This document shows positions 19,969-29,560 of a DNA stretch of 54,492 nt, piece after piece. Origin of the DNA: an uncultured Mycoplasmatota bacterium (GTDB lineage Bacteria; Bacillota_I; Bacilli_A; RF39; UBA660). Location of the stretch: assembly GCA_900547995.1 (NCBI GenBank), contig URIY01000003.1, forward strand, positions 1-54,492. Direction: 5' to 3'. Positions within the stretch are counted from its first letter, which is position 1; every line of letters begins with the position of its first letter. The notes beneath the pieces are model-generated. The model worked only from the letters and a program-made list of their open reading frames with translations, had not been told where the DNA came from and did no database searches. Both the position numbers and the translations under genes were made by a program.

Positions 19969-20973
19969 ATGTTTGATATGCATTACGATTTACTAACGAA
20001 GTTATATATGTGTTATAAAGATAATGATTTTACATTTATTGAGAATTGGGTAAAAAACTATAATTTCGATAATGTACGCGGATTAATTGCTAATTTTTGT
20101 TTTATGAGTATTGAAGAAATGCAAGCAGAATATCATAAAGATTATTATAATCCAAATGTTAGTGTTATAGAGATGTTTAAAATATGTATGGCTCTTCTTT
20201 ATAAATATATACCAAGTAATATAAAGGTTTTAACGTCTATTGAAGGTTGTGATTTTTTAGATAGTGAAGAGGATTTAGTTGTTTTAAAAGAATTGGGATT
20301 AAACTCTATATTACCTGTTTGGAATAATAAAAATAAATTTGGTTCTGGAAATAGAAGTGATGATGGATTAACTGAAATGGGTAAAAGACTAATTAGAAAA
20401 GCAATTGAACTTGGAATTAATATTGATTTGTCTCATGCAAATGAAAAAACATTTTTTGATTGTATAGATATCATTAAAGAATATCGAAAAAATGGTATAT
20501 ATCCTATTGTTTATGCCTCACATTCTAATGTAAGACAACTTTCTAATTTAGGTCGTAATCTAACTGATGAGCAAATAATAGCTCTTAAAAGTGTTGATGG
20601 ATTAATTGGTTTAATGAGTAATTGTAATTATGTTTTAAATGGCTCACTTTCTGAAAAAATTAAATTAATTGGTACATCTGATTATAATGGTTATAATGAT
20701 ACTTTGAAAAAAATGTATATAAATCATTTATTATATATTAAAAATTTACTAGGAAATATTGATAATATTGCTGTTAGTACTGATGATATGTCTTTTTGTA
20801 CATATGATGATGATTATAAATACACATCTATATTTGATTACAGTAATATAAATAATGAAATAAGATATTATTTACATAAATACTTTAATCAAGAAGAAGT
20901 AGAAAAAATAATGTATTTTAATGTAGAGAAAAAATTATTTAATCAACAAGATAAGGAAAAGAATTATGAATGA
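19969..20973 (+). CDS. Membrane-dipeptidase (peptidase M19) family protein
   Basis: FDMHYDLL (HxD), SIEG, DLSHANEK and YASHSN fit the pattern of M19 metal ligands. Confidence 0.6.
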   Translation: MFDMHYDLLTKLYMCYKDNDFTFIENWVKNYNFDNVRGLIANFCFMSIEEMQAEYHKDYYNPNVSVIEMFKICMALLYKYIPSNIKVLTSIEGCDFLDSEEDLVVLKELGLNSILPVWNNKNKFGSGNRSDDGLTEMGKRLIRKAIELGINIDLSHANEKTFFDCIDIIKEYRKNGIYPIVYASHSNVRQLSNLGRNLTDEQIIALKSVDGLIGLMSNCNYVLNGSLSEKIKLIGTSDYNGYNDTLKKMYINHLLYIKNLLGNIDNIAVSTDDMSFCTYDDDYKYTSIFDYSNINNEIRYYLHKYFNQEEVEKIMYFNVEKKLFNQQDKEKNYE

Positions 20974-22630
20974 TATTCTAAGTAAAAATATTGTGGCTAT
21001 CATTAAAGATATCAAAGAATCTAAGGAAAATGTAAAAGAAGAAACTGTTAGTATAATTAATAGAATCTTTTTTTCATACTCTAAAGCCAATTTAAAAGCT
21101 GATATAGTTTTAGTACTTGGTGGACTATCAGATATAAGAGCAATTGTTGGAACAAATTTATCTAAGAAAAATAATATTCCAATTATATTTTCTGGTGGTG
21201 TTTTTCATAGTAAATTTGGTGCAACAGAGGCCGAATATTATAAAAAGATAGGAATAGAACATGGTTTAAAAGATGATTTAATTTATATTGAAAATGATTC
21301 TACAAATACATATGAAAACTTTTTATATAGTTTAGATTTAATAAAAGAAATTATCCAAAAAGATATAATAAATATTTTTGTTGTTTCTAATTCTATTCAT
21401 TTACCTAGGGCCATATTAATTGGTAATGAAATTATAAATAAAAATAACTTTAATATGAAATTAATTCCGTATGCAAGCGATCAAAACGGTGAAAGTTGGA
21501 TGAAAAATAATAAAACTAGGGGATATATAATAAATGAATTAAATAAAATACTAACATATAATTACAAAAATAGTTTAAGTATAAAATTTAAAAGGTTTGA
21601 AAATGTTATGAATGAAATGGTAAAAGAAAAAGTATTTCCTGGTGCTACATATGCAGTATTAAATAAAGATTATAGTATGCTTGGGGTTTGTGGTAATAAG
21701 TCATTATACCCATTAGAGAAAAATACATTAAATACATTATATGATATGGCTTCTCTTACAAAAGTAATTGTTACTAATACTATTGTATTAAGGATGTTAC
21801 AAGCTGATCAAATTAATTTAAATGATAAAATTGGTAAGTATTTAAAGGAATATGATTATTTGGATATAACTATATATAATTTAGTTACACATAGTTCAGG
21901 ATTAAAATCGGGATTTAGTAGTTTAAAAATAAAATCAAAAGAAGAATTTATCTTAGCATTAAAAAATATAAAATTAGATTATACACCTGGAACAAAATGT
22001 ATTTATTCAGATATTGGTTTTGTCCTACTTGGAATGGTAATTGAAAAAATATATAATATGAAATTAGATGAAATTGTTGATATAGAAGTATTTAAACCTT
22101 TATCGATGAAAAGAGCAACTTTTTATCCTAATGTAAAGAATTGTGCTCCAACAGAACAAACAATTGATAGGGGATTAATTCGTGGCATTGTTCATGATGA
22201 AACGGCCTTTTATAGTGGAAGGATACTTGGTCATGCAGGACTTTTTTGTGATATAAATGATGTTTGCAAATTTGTCAAAATGATTTTAAATGATGGTATG
22301 GTTTCAAATAAAGTTTATTTAGAAAAGAAATACATAGATATGCTTTTTCACCCCGAGGTCTTAGATGTTGATGGTGTTAAAAGAAGTATTGGATGGGTAG
22401 TTGGAAAAGTAAATTCAACAGGTAATAGTGTTAGTGAAAATACTATATCACATAATGGGTTTACAGGTACAAGCATAGTTATAGATAGAGATAATAAAAT
22501 AGGAATTATTGTTTTATCAAATAGAGTTCATCCAACTAGAGAAAATAATTTACTTTTATCAAGAAGAAAAGAAATTATTGGTAGCATTTACAATAAAATA
22601 TACATAGAAAAAGATACTAATTTGAACTAG
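20966..22630 (+). CDS. Fusion protein: N-terminal DUF218 (YdcF/ElyC-like) domain plus C-terminal serine hydrolase (class C beta-lactamase/PBP4*-like) domain
   Basis: The N-terminal half has DIVLVLGG...IFSGG...NDSTNTYEN. The C-terminal half has the SxxK motif (MASLTK), YSD and HNGFTG. Confidence 0.7.
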   Translation: MNDILSKNIVAIIKDIKESKENVKEETVSIINRIFFSYSKANLKADIVLVLGGLSDIRAIVGTNLSKKNNIPIIFSGGVFHSKFGATEAEYYKKIGIEHGLKDDLIYIENDSTNTYENFLYSLDLIKEIIQKDIINIFVVSNSIHLPRAILIGNEIINKNNFNMKLIPYASDQNGESWMKNNKTRGYIINELNKILTYNYKNSLSIKFKRFENVMNEMVKEKVFPGATYAVLNKDYSMLGVCGNKSLYPLEKNTLNTLYDMASLTKVIVTNTIVLRMLQADQINLNDKIGKYLKEYDYLDITIYNLVTHSSGLKSGFSSLKIKSKEEFILALKNIKLDYTPGTKCIYSDIGFVLLGMVIEKIYNMKLDEIVDIEVFKPLSMKRATFYPNVKNCAPTEQTIDRGLIRGIVHDETAFYSGRILGHAGLFCDINDVCKFVKMILNDGMVSNKVYLEKKYIDMLFHPEVLDVDGVKRSIGWVVGKVNSTGNSVSENTISHNGFTGTSIVIDRDNKIGIIVLSNRVHPTRENNLLLSRRKEIIGSIYNKIYIEKDTNLN

Positions 22631-22639
22631 TATCTTTTT
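22608..22639. repeat. Copy 1 of a perfect 32-nt direct repeat that is itself a bidirectional terminator hairpin
   Basis: AAAAAGATACTAATTTGAACTAGTATCTTTTT, with AAAGATACTA pairing to TAGTATCTTT. It contains the stop codon of the 554-aa gene. Identical to 24416-24447. Confidence 0.9.
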
Positions 22640-22721
22640 GTAAAATTTTGTCAATAAATATAATAATATTTAAAAATTAAAATATATTTTGCTATAATAA
22701 ACTTAAGAAAGTAGGATAAAT

Positions 22722-24308
22722 ATGAAAGAATATAATGGAGAAGCATTCTTGAATAAAATATATAAGGATTTACATATGTCGGACGTTGTAATGCGTACAG
22801 CAAATTCTAGTGATAATCCTAGTCAAAAAATAAATAAATATATGGGAAGACTAGAAAAAATGCATAGTAATAAAAATGAAAATATTAAAAAAAATATAAT
22901 GAATTTATATCATGAAAAATATGTAATAAAAGAAGAAAATTTAACTGGATATGGTAATAAACAAACAGAAAAAATTAGGAAACAAATAATAGATGCTCAA
23001 ATAAAAACATTAGATATGTGGATAAATTATTTAATAGATGAGAATGCAAAATATCCAATGTGGGCTAAATATTGGGCATTTCGAGGTATGTTAAAAATAG
23101 GAGCATATGATGAAGCAACAGATACATATAAGAAAAGAAGCGAAAAAACAGCAGCTCCATTTGTAGAGGCAAACCCAGAAGTAATAGCACAATGTATAGA
23201 TTTAACAGTAAAACAAGTAAATAAAAAATTGGATGAAATAAATGTTGGAGAAGAAGGATTAAAACGATTAGTAGAGTCAGGGTCATTTCAAAAATTATAT
23301 CTAACTTTATTGAAAAAACAAAAGAAAATTCAATATCTAAAAAGTGGATTTGAAGGTAAATGGATAAAATATAATTATTGTAGTATGGAAGATGCCATAA
23401 AATTATATAATTCTTTACAGGGATATGGTACTAATTGGTGCACAGCAGGAAGTAAACAGACAGCAATAGACCAGGTATGTGGAGGAACTGGTTATCCAGG
23501 AGGCGATTTCTATGTATATTATACATTAGATGAAAGTAATGAATATAGAATACCAAGAATTGCTATTAGAATGAATGGGACAACAAAAATAGATGAGATA
23601 AGAGGAGTAGTAGATGCGTCACAAAATTTAGAAGATGGAATGGAACGTATAGTAGAAGATAAGCTTAATACTTTTAATTTTTTACCATGCAATGATAGAG
23701 AAGAATATATTGGTGCGGTTAATGATTGTAAAATGTTAACAAACTTAAATAGAAAGACGTCAAATAAAGAAGAATTAACATATGAAGAATATATTTTTCT
23801 ATATGAGGTAGAAAGAAATATAAGAGGCTTTGGATGGGAAAGAGACCCAAGAATAGAAAAAATAAGAAGTATAAATATAATTAAAGATAAGCATATTGCA
23901 ATTAAAATTTTATCAATAGATGGTATGTCATTACAATATGTGAATGAAGAATTACAAAATAATTTTGAAATAGTAAAACTAGCAGTAAGTCAAAACGGTA
24001 TGTCATTACAATATGCGAGTGAAGAATTACAAAATAATGTAGAAATAGCAAAATTAGCGGTAAGTCAAAATGGTTATGCATTACAATATGCGAGTGAAGA
24101 ATTACGAAATAATTCTGAAATAGTAAAACTGGCAGTAAGTCAAAAAGGCAATGCATTACAATATGTCGGCCCAAAATTGCAAAATAATGTAGAAATAGCA
24201 AAATTAGCAGTAAGCCAAAATAGACATGCATTATTATATGTCAATCTGGAATTACGAAATTATTTTCATTGTCAAATCAAATGTAATAGTAAATTAAATA
24301 AATCATAA
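22722..24308 (+). CDS. Hypothetical protein with C-terminal DUF4116-type 25-aa repeats
   Basis: The C-terminus carries four full units (GMSLQYVNEELQNNFEIVKLAVSQN-like) plus one partial unit. The N-terminal ~390 aa were not recognised. Confidence 0.7.
   Translation: MKEYNGEAFLNKIYKDLHMSDVVMRTANSSDNPSQKINKYMGRLEKMHSNKNENIKKNIMNLYHEKYVIKEENLTGYGNKQTEKIRKQIIDAQIKTLDMWINYLIDENAKYPMWAKYWAFRGMLKIGAYDEATDTYKKRSEKTAAPFVEANPEVIAQCIDLTVKQVNKKLDEINVGEEGLKRLVESGSFQKLYLTLLKKQKKIQYLKSGFEGKWIKYNYCSMEDAIKLYNSLQGYGTNWCTAGSKQTAIDQVCGGTGYPGGDFYVYYTLDESNEYRIPRIAIRMNGTTKIDEIRGVVDASQNLEDGMERIVEDKLNTFNFLPCNDREEYIGAVNDCKMLTNLNRKTSNKEELTYEEYIFLYEVERNIRGFGWERDPRIEKIRSINIIKDKHIAIKILSIDGMSLQYVNEELQNNFEIVKLAVSQNGMSLQYASEELQNNVEIAKLAVSQNGYALQYASEELRNNSEIVKLAVSQKGNALQYVGPKLQNNVEIAKLAVSQNRHALLYVNLELRNYFHCQIKCNSKLNKS
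23922..24266 (+). repeat. Tandem 75-nt coding repeats (4 full units plus 1 partial)
   Basis: Units start at 23922, 23997, 24072, 24147 and 24222 and show high nucleotide similarity. Confidence 0.9.
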
Positions 24309-24415
24309 CATACAGATTTACCATTTTATTAACGTCTCTATTAAATTATAAAAATAATCCAAAAAGAATAAGAAATGGAAAATGAAACAAGAGAGAGGTA
24401 ATAGTAACATATATT

Positions 24416-24447
24416 AAAAAGATACTAATTTGAACTAGTATCTTTTT
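24416..24447. repeat. Copy 2 of the 32-nt direct repeat / bidirectional terminator hairpin
   Basis: Identical 32-mer. It contains the stop codon and last codons of the RNase J gene on the minus strand. Confidence 0.9.
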
Positions 24448-26116
24448 TTCTCTTTATATCCATTATAACGGGTAAAATAATAGGTTTGCGACCTGTTTGT
24501 TCATATATGTAACTAGATAATTGTGTAATTATTTCAGCTTTAATATCACTAAATCCAACATTACTATTTAATTTAGATAAAATAGCACTCTTGCTTATTT
24601 CTTCTAATTTTTTTAGTAATGCTTCATTTTCATTAACAAGAACAAAACCTCTTGTTGTAATATTTGGATTTGTTAATAATTGTTTATTAGCAATATCAAT
24701 ATTTGTTATAACAACAACAATACCATCACTAGCCATTATTTTTCTATCTTTAATAACAGCACCACCAACATCACCAATTCTGTTTCCATCAACATAAATA
24801 TCGTTTGCTATGACAGATTCTCCTCTAGTAACAACACCTTTATTTATATTAAGAACATCACCATTTCCTAAAACAAAAGTATTTTCTTTTGGAATTCCAC
24901 AGTCAATTGCTACATCAGCATGACTTTTTAGCATCCTATATTCACCATGGAATGGCATAAAATATTTTGGTTTAATTAAGTGTATCATTAGTTTTAATTC
25001 TTCTTTATTACCATGTCCTGATGTATGAATATCAGATAAAGATGTATTTGTATAAACTTCAACACCTTTTAGGTATAATTTGTTAATAGTTCTAGAGATA
25101 CTAAGTGCATTACCTGGTATGGCAGATGATGAGAAGATAACAACATCATCTTGTTGCAACTTAATTTGTTTATGACTTCCGTTTGCAATTCTTGTTAAAG
25201 CAGCAAGTGGTTCCCCTTGACTACCTGTACACAAAATACATACCTCGTTTGGTTTAAGTGATTTAGATTCTTCAGGTGTAATAAATATTTCCTTATTCTT
25301 AATATATCCACCCTCAATTGAAATCTCAATATTTGTTTCCATACTTCTACCGAATGTTACTATTTTGCGGTTATTTCTTTTACACGTATCAACAATATGT
25401 TTTAATCTATATATATTTGACGCAAATGTAGCAATAATAATTCGGCCCTTATGTTTTGTAAATATTTCTGATAATGCTTCATCAACTCTAGATTCACTTG
25501 CAGACATTCCTTCATTTAATGCATTTGTACTATCACTTAAAAGTAGTGTAACACCACGGCTTCCAATTTCAGCCATTTTATGTAAATTAGCCATTGGACC
25601 AATAGGTGTAAAGTCAAATTTAAAGTCTCCTGTTGTTACAACAATACCATCAGGTGTTGTTATACATATACCATGTGAATCAGGTATAGAGTGTGTTGTT
25701 CTAAAAAATTCAACCTGTATATTTTTAAATTTAACTTTTGTTTTTTCCGTATAAATCATTAAGTTTTTATATTTAATGCCTCTCTCTTCAAGTTTCTTTC
25801 TAATTAGTCCAACTGCTTGATTAGGTGCATAAATATAAGGAATATTAACCGTTTGCAATAAAAAAGGTATACCACCAATATGGTCTTCATGACCATGTGT
25901 TATAAAAAGTGCTTTAATTTTCTTTTCATTTTGTTTTAAAAATGTAAAATCTGGGATAACATAATCAATACCCATTAATTCACCAGCAGGAAAAGTAATT
26001 CCTACATCCGTTATAATTATTTCATCTCCATGCATTACGCAATACATGTTTTTTCCAACTTCACCAAGTCCACCTAGGGCAAAAACCTTAGTTCCGTTGT
26101 TTTTACTAAAATTCAT
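24425..26116 (-). CDS. rnj: Ribonuclease J
   Basis: Metallo-beta-lactamase motif ITHGHEDHIGG. Beta-CASP and C-terminal domains are present. ATG at 26116 (MNFSKNNGTKVFALGGLGEVGKNMY) follows AAAGGAG; the ORF track start at 26158 is upstream. Confidence 0.92.
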   Translation of the reverse strand: MNFSKNNGTKVFALGGLGEVGKNMYCVMHGDEIIITDVGITFPAGELMGIDYVIPDFTFLKQNEKKIKALFITHGHEDHIGGIPFLLQTVNIPYIYAPNQAVGLIRKKLEERGIKYKNLMIYTEKTKVKFKNIQVEFFRTTHSIPDSHGICITTPDGIVVTTGDFKFDFTPIGPMANLHKMAEIGSRGVTLLLSDSTNALNEGMSASESRVDEALSEIFTKHKGRIIIATFASNIYRLKHIVDTCKRNNRKIVTFGRSMETNIEISIEGGYIKNKEIFITPEESKSLKPNEVCILCTGSQGEPLAALTRIANGSHKQIKLQQDDVVIFSSSAIPGNALSISRTINKLYLKGVEVYTNTSLSDIHTSGHGNKEELKLMIHLIKPKYFMPFHGEYRMLKSHADVAIDCGIPKENTFVLGNGDVLNINKGVVTRGESVIANDIYVDGNRIGDVGGAVIKDRKIMASDGIVVVITNIDIANKQLLTNPNITTRGFVLVNENEALLKKLEEISKSAILSKLNSNVGFSDIKAEIITQLSSYIYEQTGRKPIILPVIMDIKRKKDTSSN

Positions 26117-26216
26117 AAAAACTCCTTTCTTTTCATAGTTGATACGTAACTTAATCATTATAACTTTTTTTTGTGATTTTGTCTAGATATGTTATAATGA
26201 ATTTGGTGAAAAATAT

Positions 26217-27959
26217 ATGATTAGTATTGACAAAATATTAAAACTGGAAAATATAAATAATTATATTCTATCATTAAATACAAATGAAAGAGTAGTTATT
26301 TTAAAGAATGACATGGTTAGAGATTATTATTTAGAGGACTATAATAATTCAAAATTCAAAAAGCTTATATTAGATTTACCTAATGATGAAATATTAGAGT
26401 TTATTGATGATGAAATGATAAATAAAATTTTAAGTAATGATAATTGTAAAAAAATAATGTATGAAATTCTTTATAATGTTTCATCAAAATTTACTAATAT
26501 AATATTTCAAAATGAAAAAATGATAGAAAGAATAGTAAATGATGATGAGTTACACACATACATTTTACATTTACGTGGTAATATTACAGAAAAACTATTT
26601 AATTATATTATCAAAATAGATAAAATAAGTGTTTTAGAGTATTTAAATCCTACTGATTTCAATAGACTTTTGGAAAGAGAAGACATAAAGAATAAAATAA
26701 AAATAATTGTTAGTGATGAATTATTAAAAAAAATACCTTCAACAGCCTTAAGTAAATTATTATTTGATTCATATTTTAGATCAAAACTTTCAAAAATGAA
26801 AATAGATGATATATACTTTAAGATAAAAAAGGGTTTAATACTTCCCAATTTTTATATGTATGATGAGGATTTTATTTTCAAATTTATAAATATTACCAAT
26901 ATACCTATGAGAAGAATTTATATCAAAGCATTAATGAATAATAATTACTCTTTATATGAAATTATAAATAATAGATTAAAAGAAACATATGATAATAATA
27001 TTTTTAATGAATTAATTAATGAATATAATATGGTTACAAGAGCAAGTGATGATGAAGAGTTAAAAAGTAAAATTTGGTTACTATATTCAGATAAATGTTT
27101 ACAATTATTAATTGATAGATATTTTGAAGACTTTGATGGAAATGTTTTAACAAATATATGTACTATTTTAAATTTTAATAAAACAAATAATGTTATTTCA
27201 CCAGAAAGGTTAAAATATTATAATTTAATAATGAATTTTGATAAATATGATATTAATACTATGATAAAAATATATAAAATAATGCCTAAAGATATTGGAA
27301 CATGGTTATATGAAGATTTTAGAAAATGTCAAAATGTATCTTATGATCTTATAAATAAAGAAACTGTGGATATATCTAAACTAAAGGAAGAAAAAGTAGA
27401 TGGTATTTCAATATATGAATTAAATGGTGAAGAGTTTGTTCTGCTTGTTAATACATTAATTTATAGAAGAAGTGAAGATGACATCAAATGGGGTAATGAT
27501 AGAAGTAAAACATTGTCATTAACTCTAATTGGAAATGAAAGTTTAGGTACTTATAGGGAGCAAGATGAATATCTAATTGTTGGATTTAAAAATATTAATA
27601 TTAATGATATTATGCATGTATATCATAGTGATTCCTTTTCATCTTATGAGGATTCAACCAATAGGGTAAATGAAATATATACACCACATGAATTACTATC
27701 TAATACAAAAGGATATAATGAAATACTTGTTTCACAAGATGAAACGAAGAACACTCTATTAAAACCTGATTATGTAGTCTGTTATAATAAAGTTCTTGAA
27801 GAAGATATTAAGAGTGCTAAAAAATTAGGAAATATTCCTATTATTCTTATCAATACTAAATATTATTCTATGAAATATTCAGGGATAGAATATGAAGAAA
27901 ATAATTATGTAAGAGATATAGAGGACTTGTATTCATATGAATATAAAAAGGTAAAATAA
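26217..27959 (+). CDS. Hypothetical protein (580 aa), no recognisable domain
   Basis: Long ORF with a GGTGA RBS, divergent from rnj. Rich in N, K and I. No motif identified. Confidence 0.6.
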   Translation: MISIDKILKLENINNYILSLNTNERVVILKNDMVRDYYLEDYNNSKFKKLILDLPNDEILEFIDDEMINKILSNDNCKKIMYEILYNVSSKFTNIIFQNEKMIERIVNDDELHTYILHLRGNITEKLFNYIIKIDKISVLEYLNPTDFNRLLEREDIKNKIKIIVSDELLKKIPSTALSKLLFDSYFRSKLSKMKIDDIYFKIKKGLILPNFYMYDEDFIFKFINITNIPMRRIYIKALMNNNYSLYEIINNRLKETYDNNIFNELINEYNMVTRASDDEELKSKIWLLYSDKCLQLLIDRYFEDFDGNVLTNICTILNFNKTNNVISPERLKYYNLIMNFDKYDINTMIKIYKIMPKDIGTWLYEDFRKCQNVSYDLINKETVDISKLKEEKVDGISIYELNGEEFVLLVNTLIYRRSEDDIKWGNDRSKTLSLTLIGNESLGTYREQDEYLIVGFKNININDIMHVYHSDSFSSYEDSTNRVNEIYTPHELLSNTKGYNEILVSQDETKNTLLKPDYVVCYNKVLEEDIKSAKKLGNIPIILINTKYYSMKYSGIEYEENNYVRDIEDLYSYEYKKVK

Positions 27960-28007
27960 ACTAGTAATTTTAATGAAATTAGTGTAAAATGATAGATAGG
28001 TGATAGT

Positions 28008-29000
28008 ATGGGATTATTTGACAAATTTAAAAACATCTTTACTAAAGAAAAAAAAGATATAGAAGAGATTAATAATTATGAAAAAGGTCTTGAAAAAACA
28101 AGAGAAAACTTTTCATCTAAATTAAGTGTTCTTAGTAAAAAACATAAAAAACTAGATGATTCATATTTTGAAGATTTAGAAGAAATAATGATAGAAGCTG
28201 ATATTGGCGTTAATACCGTTATTAAAATGATTGAAAAATTAAGAAAACGCGTTAAAGATGAAAATATTATTGATATAGATGATTTAAAAGAAATCATAGT
28301 TGATGAAATGTTTATTATATATGTAAATAATCAAGTAATTTCAAATAAAATTAATTATTCAAAAAATGAAAACCCAACCGTTATTTTATTTGTTGGTGTA
28401 AATGGTGTTGGTAAAACGACATCTATTGGTAAAATGGCATATAAATTAAAAAATGAGGGCAAAAAAGTTTTACTAGTTGCAGGTGATACTTTTAGAGCAG
28501 GCGCTATTGAACAAATAATTGATTGGGGAGAACAAACTGATTGCCCAGTTATTTATAAAGAAAATGCCGATCCAGCAAGTGTTGTATTTGAAGGAATAAC
28601 AAAAGCAAAAAATGAGGAATATGATGTTGTTCTTGTCGATACAGCAGGAAGACTTCAAAATAAAGTTAATTTGATGAAGGAACTTGAAAAAATAAACAAA
28701 GTAATTAGTAATATTATACCTGAAGCACCTCATGAGACTCTTTTAGTTATTGATGCGACTACAGGGCAAAATGGAATTAGTCAAGCCAAAAGTTTTAAAG
28801 AAATTACTAATATTACAGGAATCGTTTTAACCAAATTAGATGGTACGGCTAAAGGTGGAATTGTTCTTGCTATAAAAGATAGTGTTGATATACCTGTTAA
28901 GTATGTAGGTCTTGGTGAAAAATATAATGATTTTAGTGTATTTGATATAGAAAAATATATATATGGATTATTTAAGGATATGGTGAAAAATGAAGAATAA
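28008..29000 (+). CDS. ftsY: Signal recognition particle receptor FtsY
   Basis: SRP GTPase motifs GVNGVGKTTSIGK, DTAGRLQNK and TKLDGTAKGG. Confidence 0.95.
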   Translation: MGLFDKFKNIFTKEKKDIEEINNYEKGLEKTRENFSSKLSVLSKKHKKLDDSYFEDLEEIMIEADIGVNTVIKMIEKLRKRVKDENIIDIDDLKEIIVDEMFIIYVNNQVISNKINYSKNENPTVILFVGVNGVGKTTSIGKMAYKLKNEGKKVLLVAGDTFRAGAIEQIIDWGEQTDCPVIYKENADPASVVFEGITKAKNEEYDVVLVDTAGRLQNKVNLMKELEKINKVISNIIPEAPHETLLVIDATTGQNGISQAKSFKEITNITGIVLTKLDGTAKGGIVLAIKDSVDIPVKYVGLGEKYNDFSVFDIEKYIYGLFKDMVKNEE

Positions 29001-29256
29001 TAAAAAAGAAATTACTAATGTTTTCTTAATAGCTCAATTAATATTATCAATATTTGCTGTTGTATTTCTAATTATTTCTATTTTTGAACCTAGTTTTTAC
29101 TATGCAGTAGAAGTAATTTTAGCCCTTACATTGTTTGTTATGGCTTATAATAATAAAACATTATATAAAAGAAAATATATGACAATTATCTATGGATTAT
29201 TTGGGTTATTCTTATTTGTAAGTGGTCTTATTGGTGTTATAAATGGAAGAGTATAA
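28990..29256 (+). CDS. Small membrane protein (88 aa, ~3 TM helices)
   Basis: GGTGA RBS. Overlaps the ftsY 3' end by 11 nt and the ylxM start by 14 nt. Strongly hydrophobic. Confidence 0.45.
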   Translation: MKNNKKEITNVFLIAQLILSIFAVVFLIISIFEPSFYYAVEVILALTLFVMAYNNKTLYKRKYMTIIYGLFGLFLFVSGLIGVINGRV

Positions 29257-29545
29257 TTTATATATTATTTCATTATATGATATATATAACAGTCTTTTAA
29301 CAGATAAGCAAAAACTATATTTTGAAGATTATTACTTTAATAATTTAAGTTTATCAGAAATGAGTGAAAACTATGAAGTTAGTAGAAATGCTATACATAA
29401 ACAAATAAAAGAAGTAAATAGTAAATTAGAAGATTTTGAATTAAAACTTAAAATAAAAGAAAAGAATATAAAATTAAAAGAATTAATTAATAAAATAGAT
29501 GATTCTAAGTTAAGATTAGAATTAGAAAAAATAATTGAAGAATAA
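29243..29545 (+). CDS. ylxM: YlxM/p13-like putative DNA-binding protein (UPF0122), SRP operon member
   Basis: LTDKQKLYFEDYYFNNLSLSEMSENYEVSRNAIHKQIKE is the sigma-70 region-4-like HTH typical of YlxM. Confidence 0.85.
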   Translation: MEEYNLYIISLYDIYNSLLTDKQKLYFEDYYFNNLSLSEMSENYEVSRNAIHKQIKEVNSKLEDFELKLKIKEKNIKLKELINKIDDSKLRLELEKIIEE

Positions 29546-29560
29546 AAGGGAGTTAATAAT

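Noticed and set aside
23902-24231. A 109-aa minus-strand ORF with its own internal repeats (HSHIVM...), and 23065-23286 (-).
   Set aside because: The repeat periodicity is the mirror image of the 75-nt DUF4116 coding repeats on the + strand, so this is an artefact.
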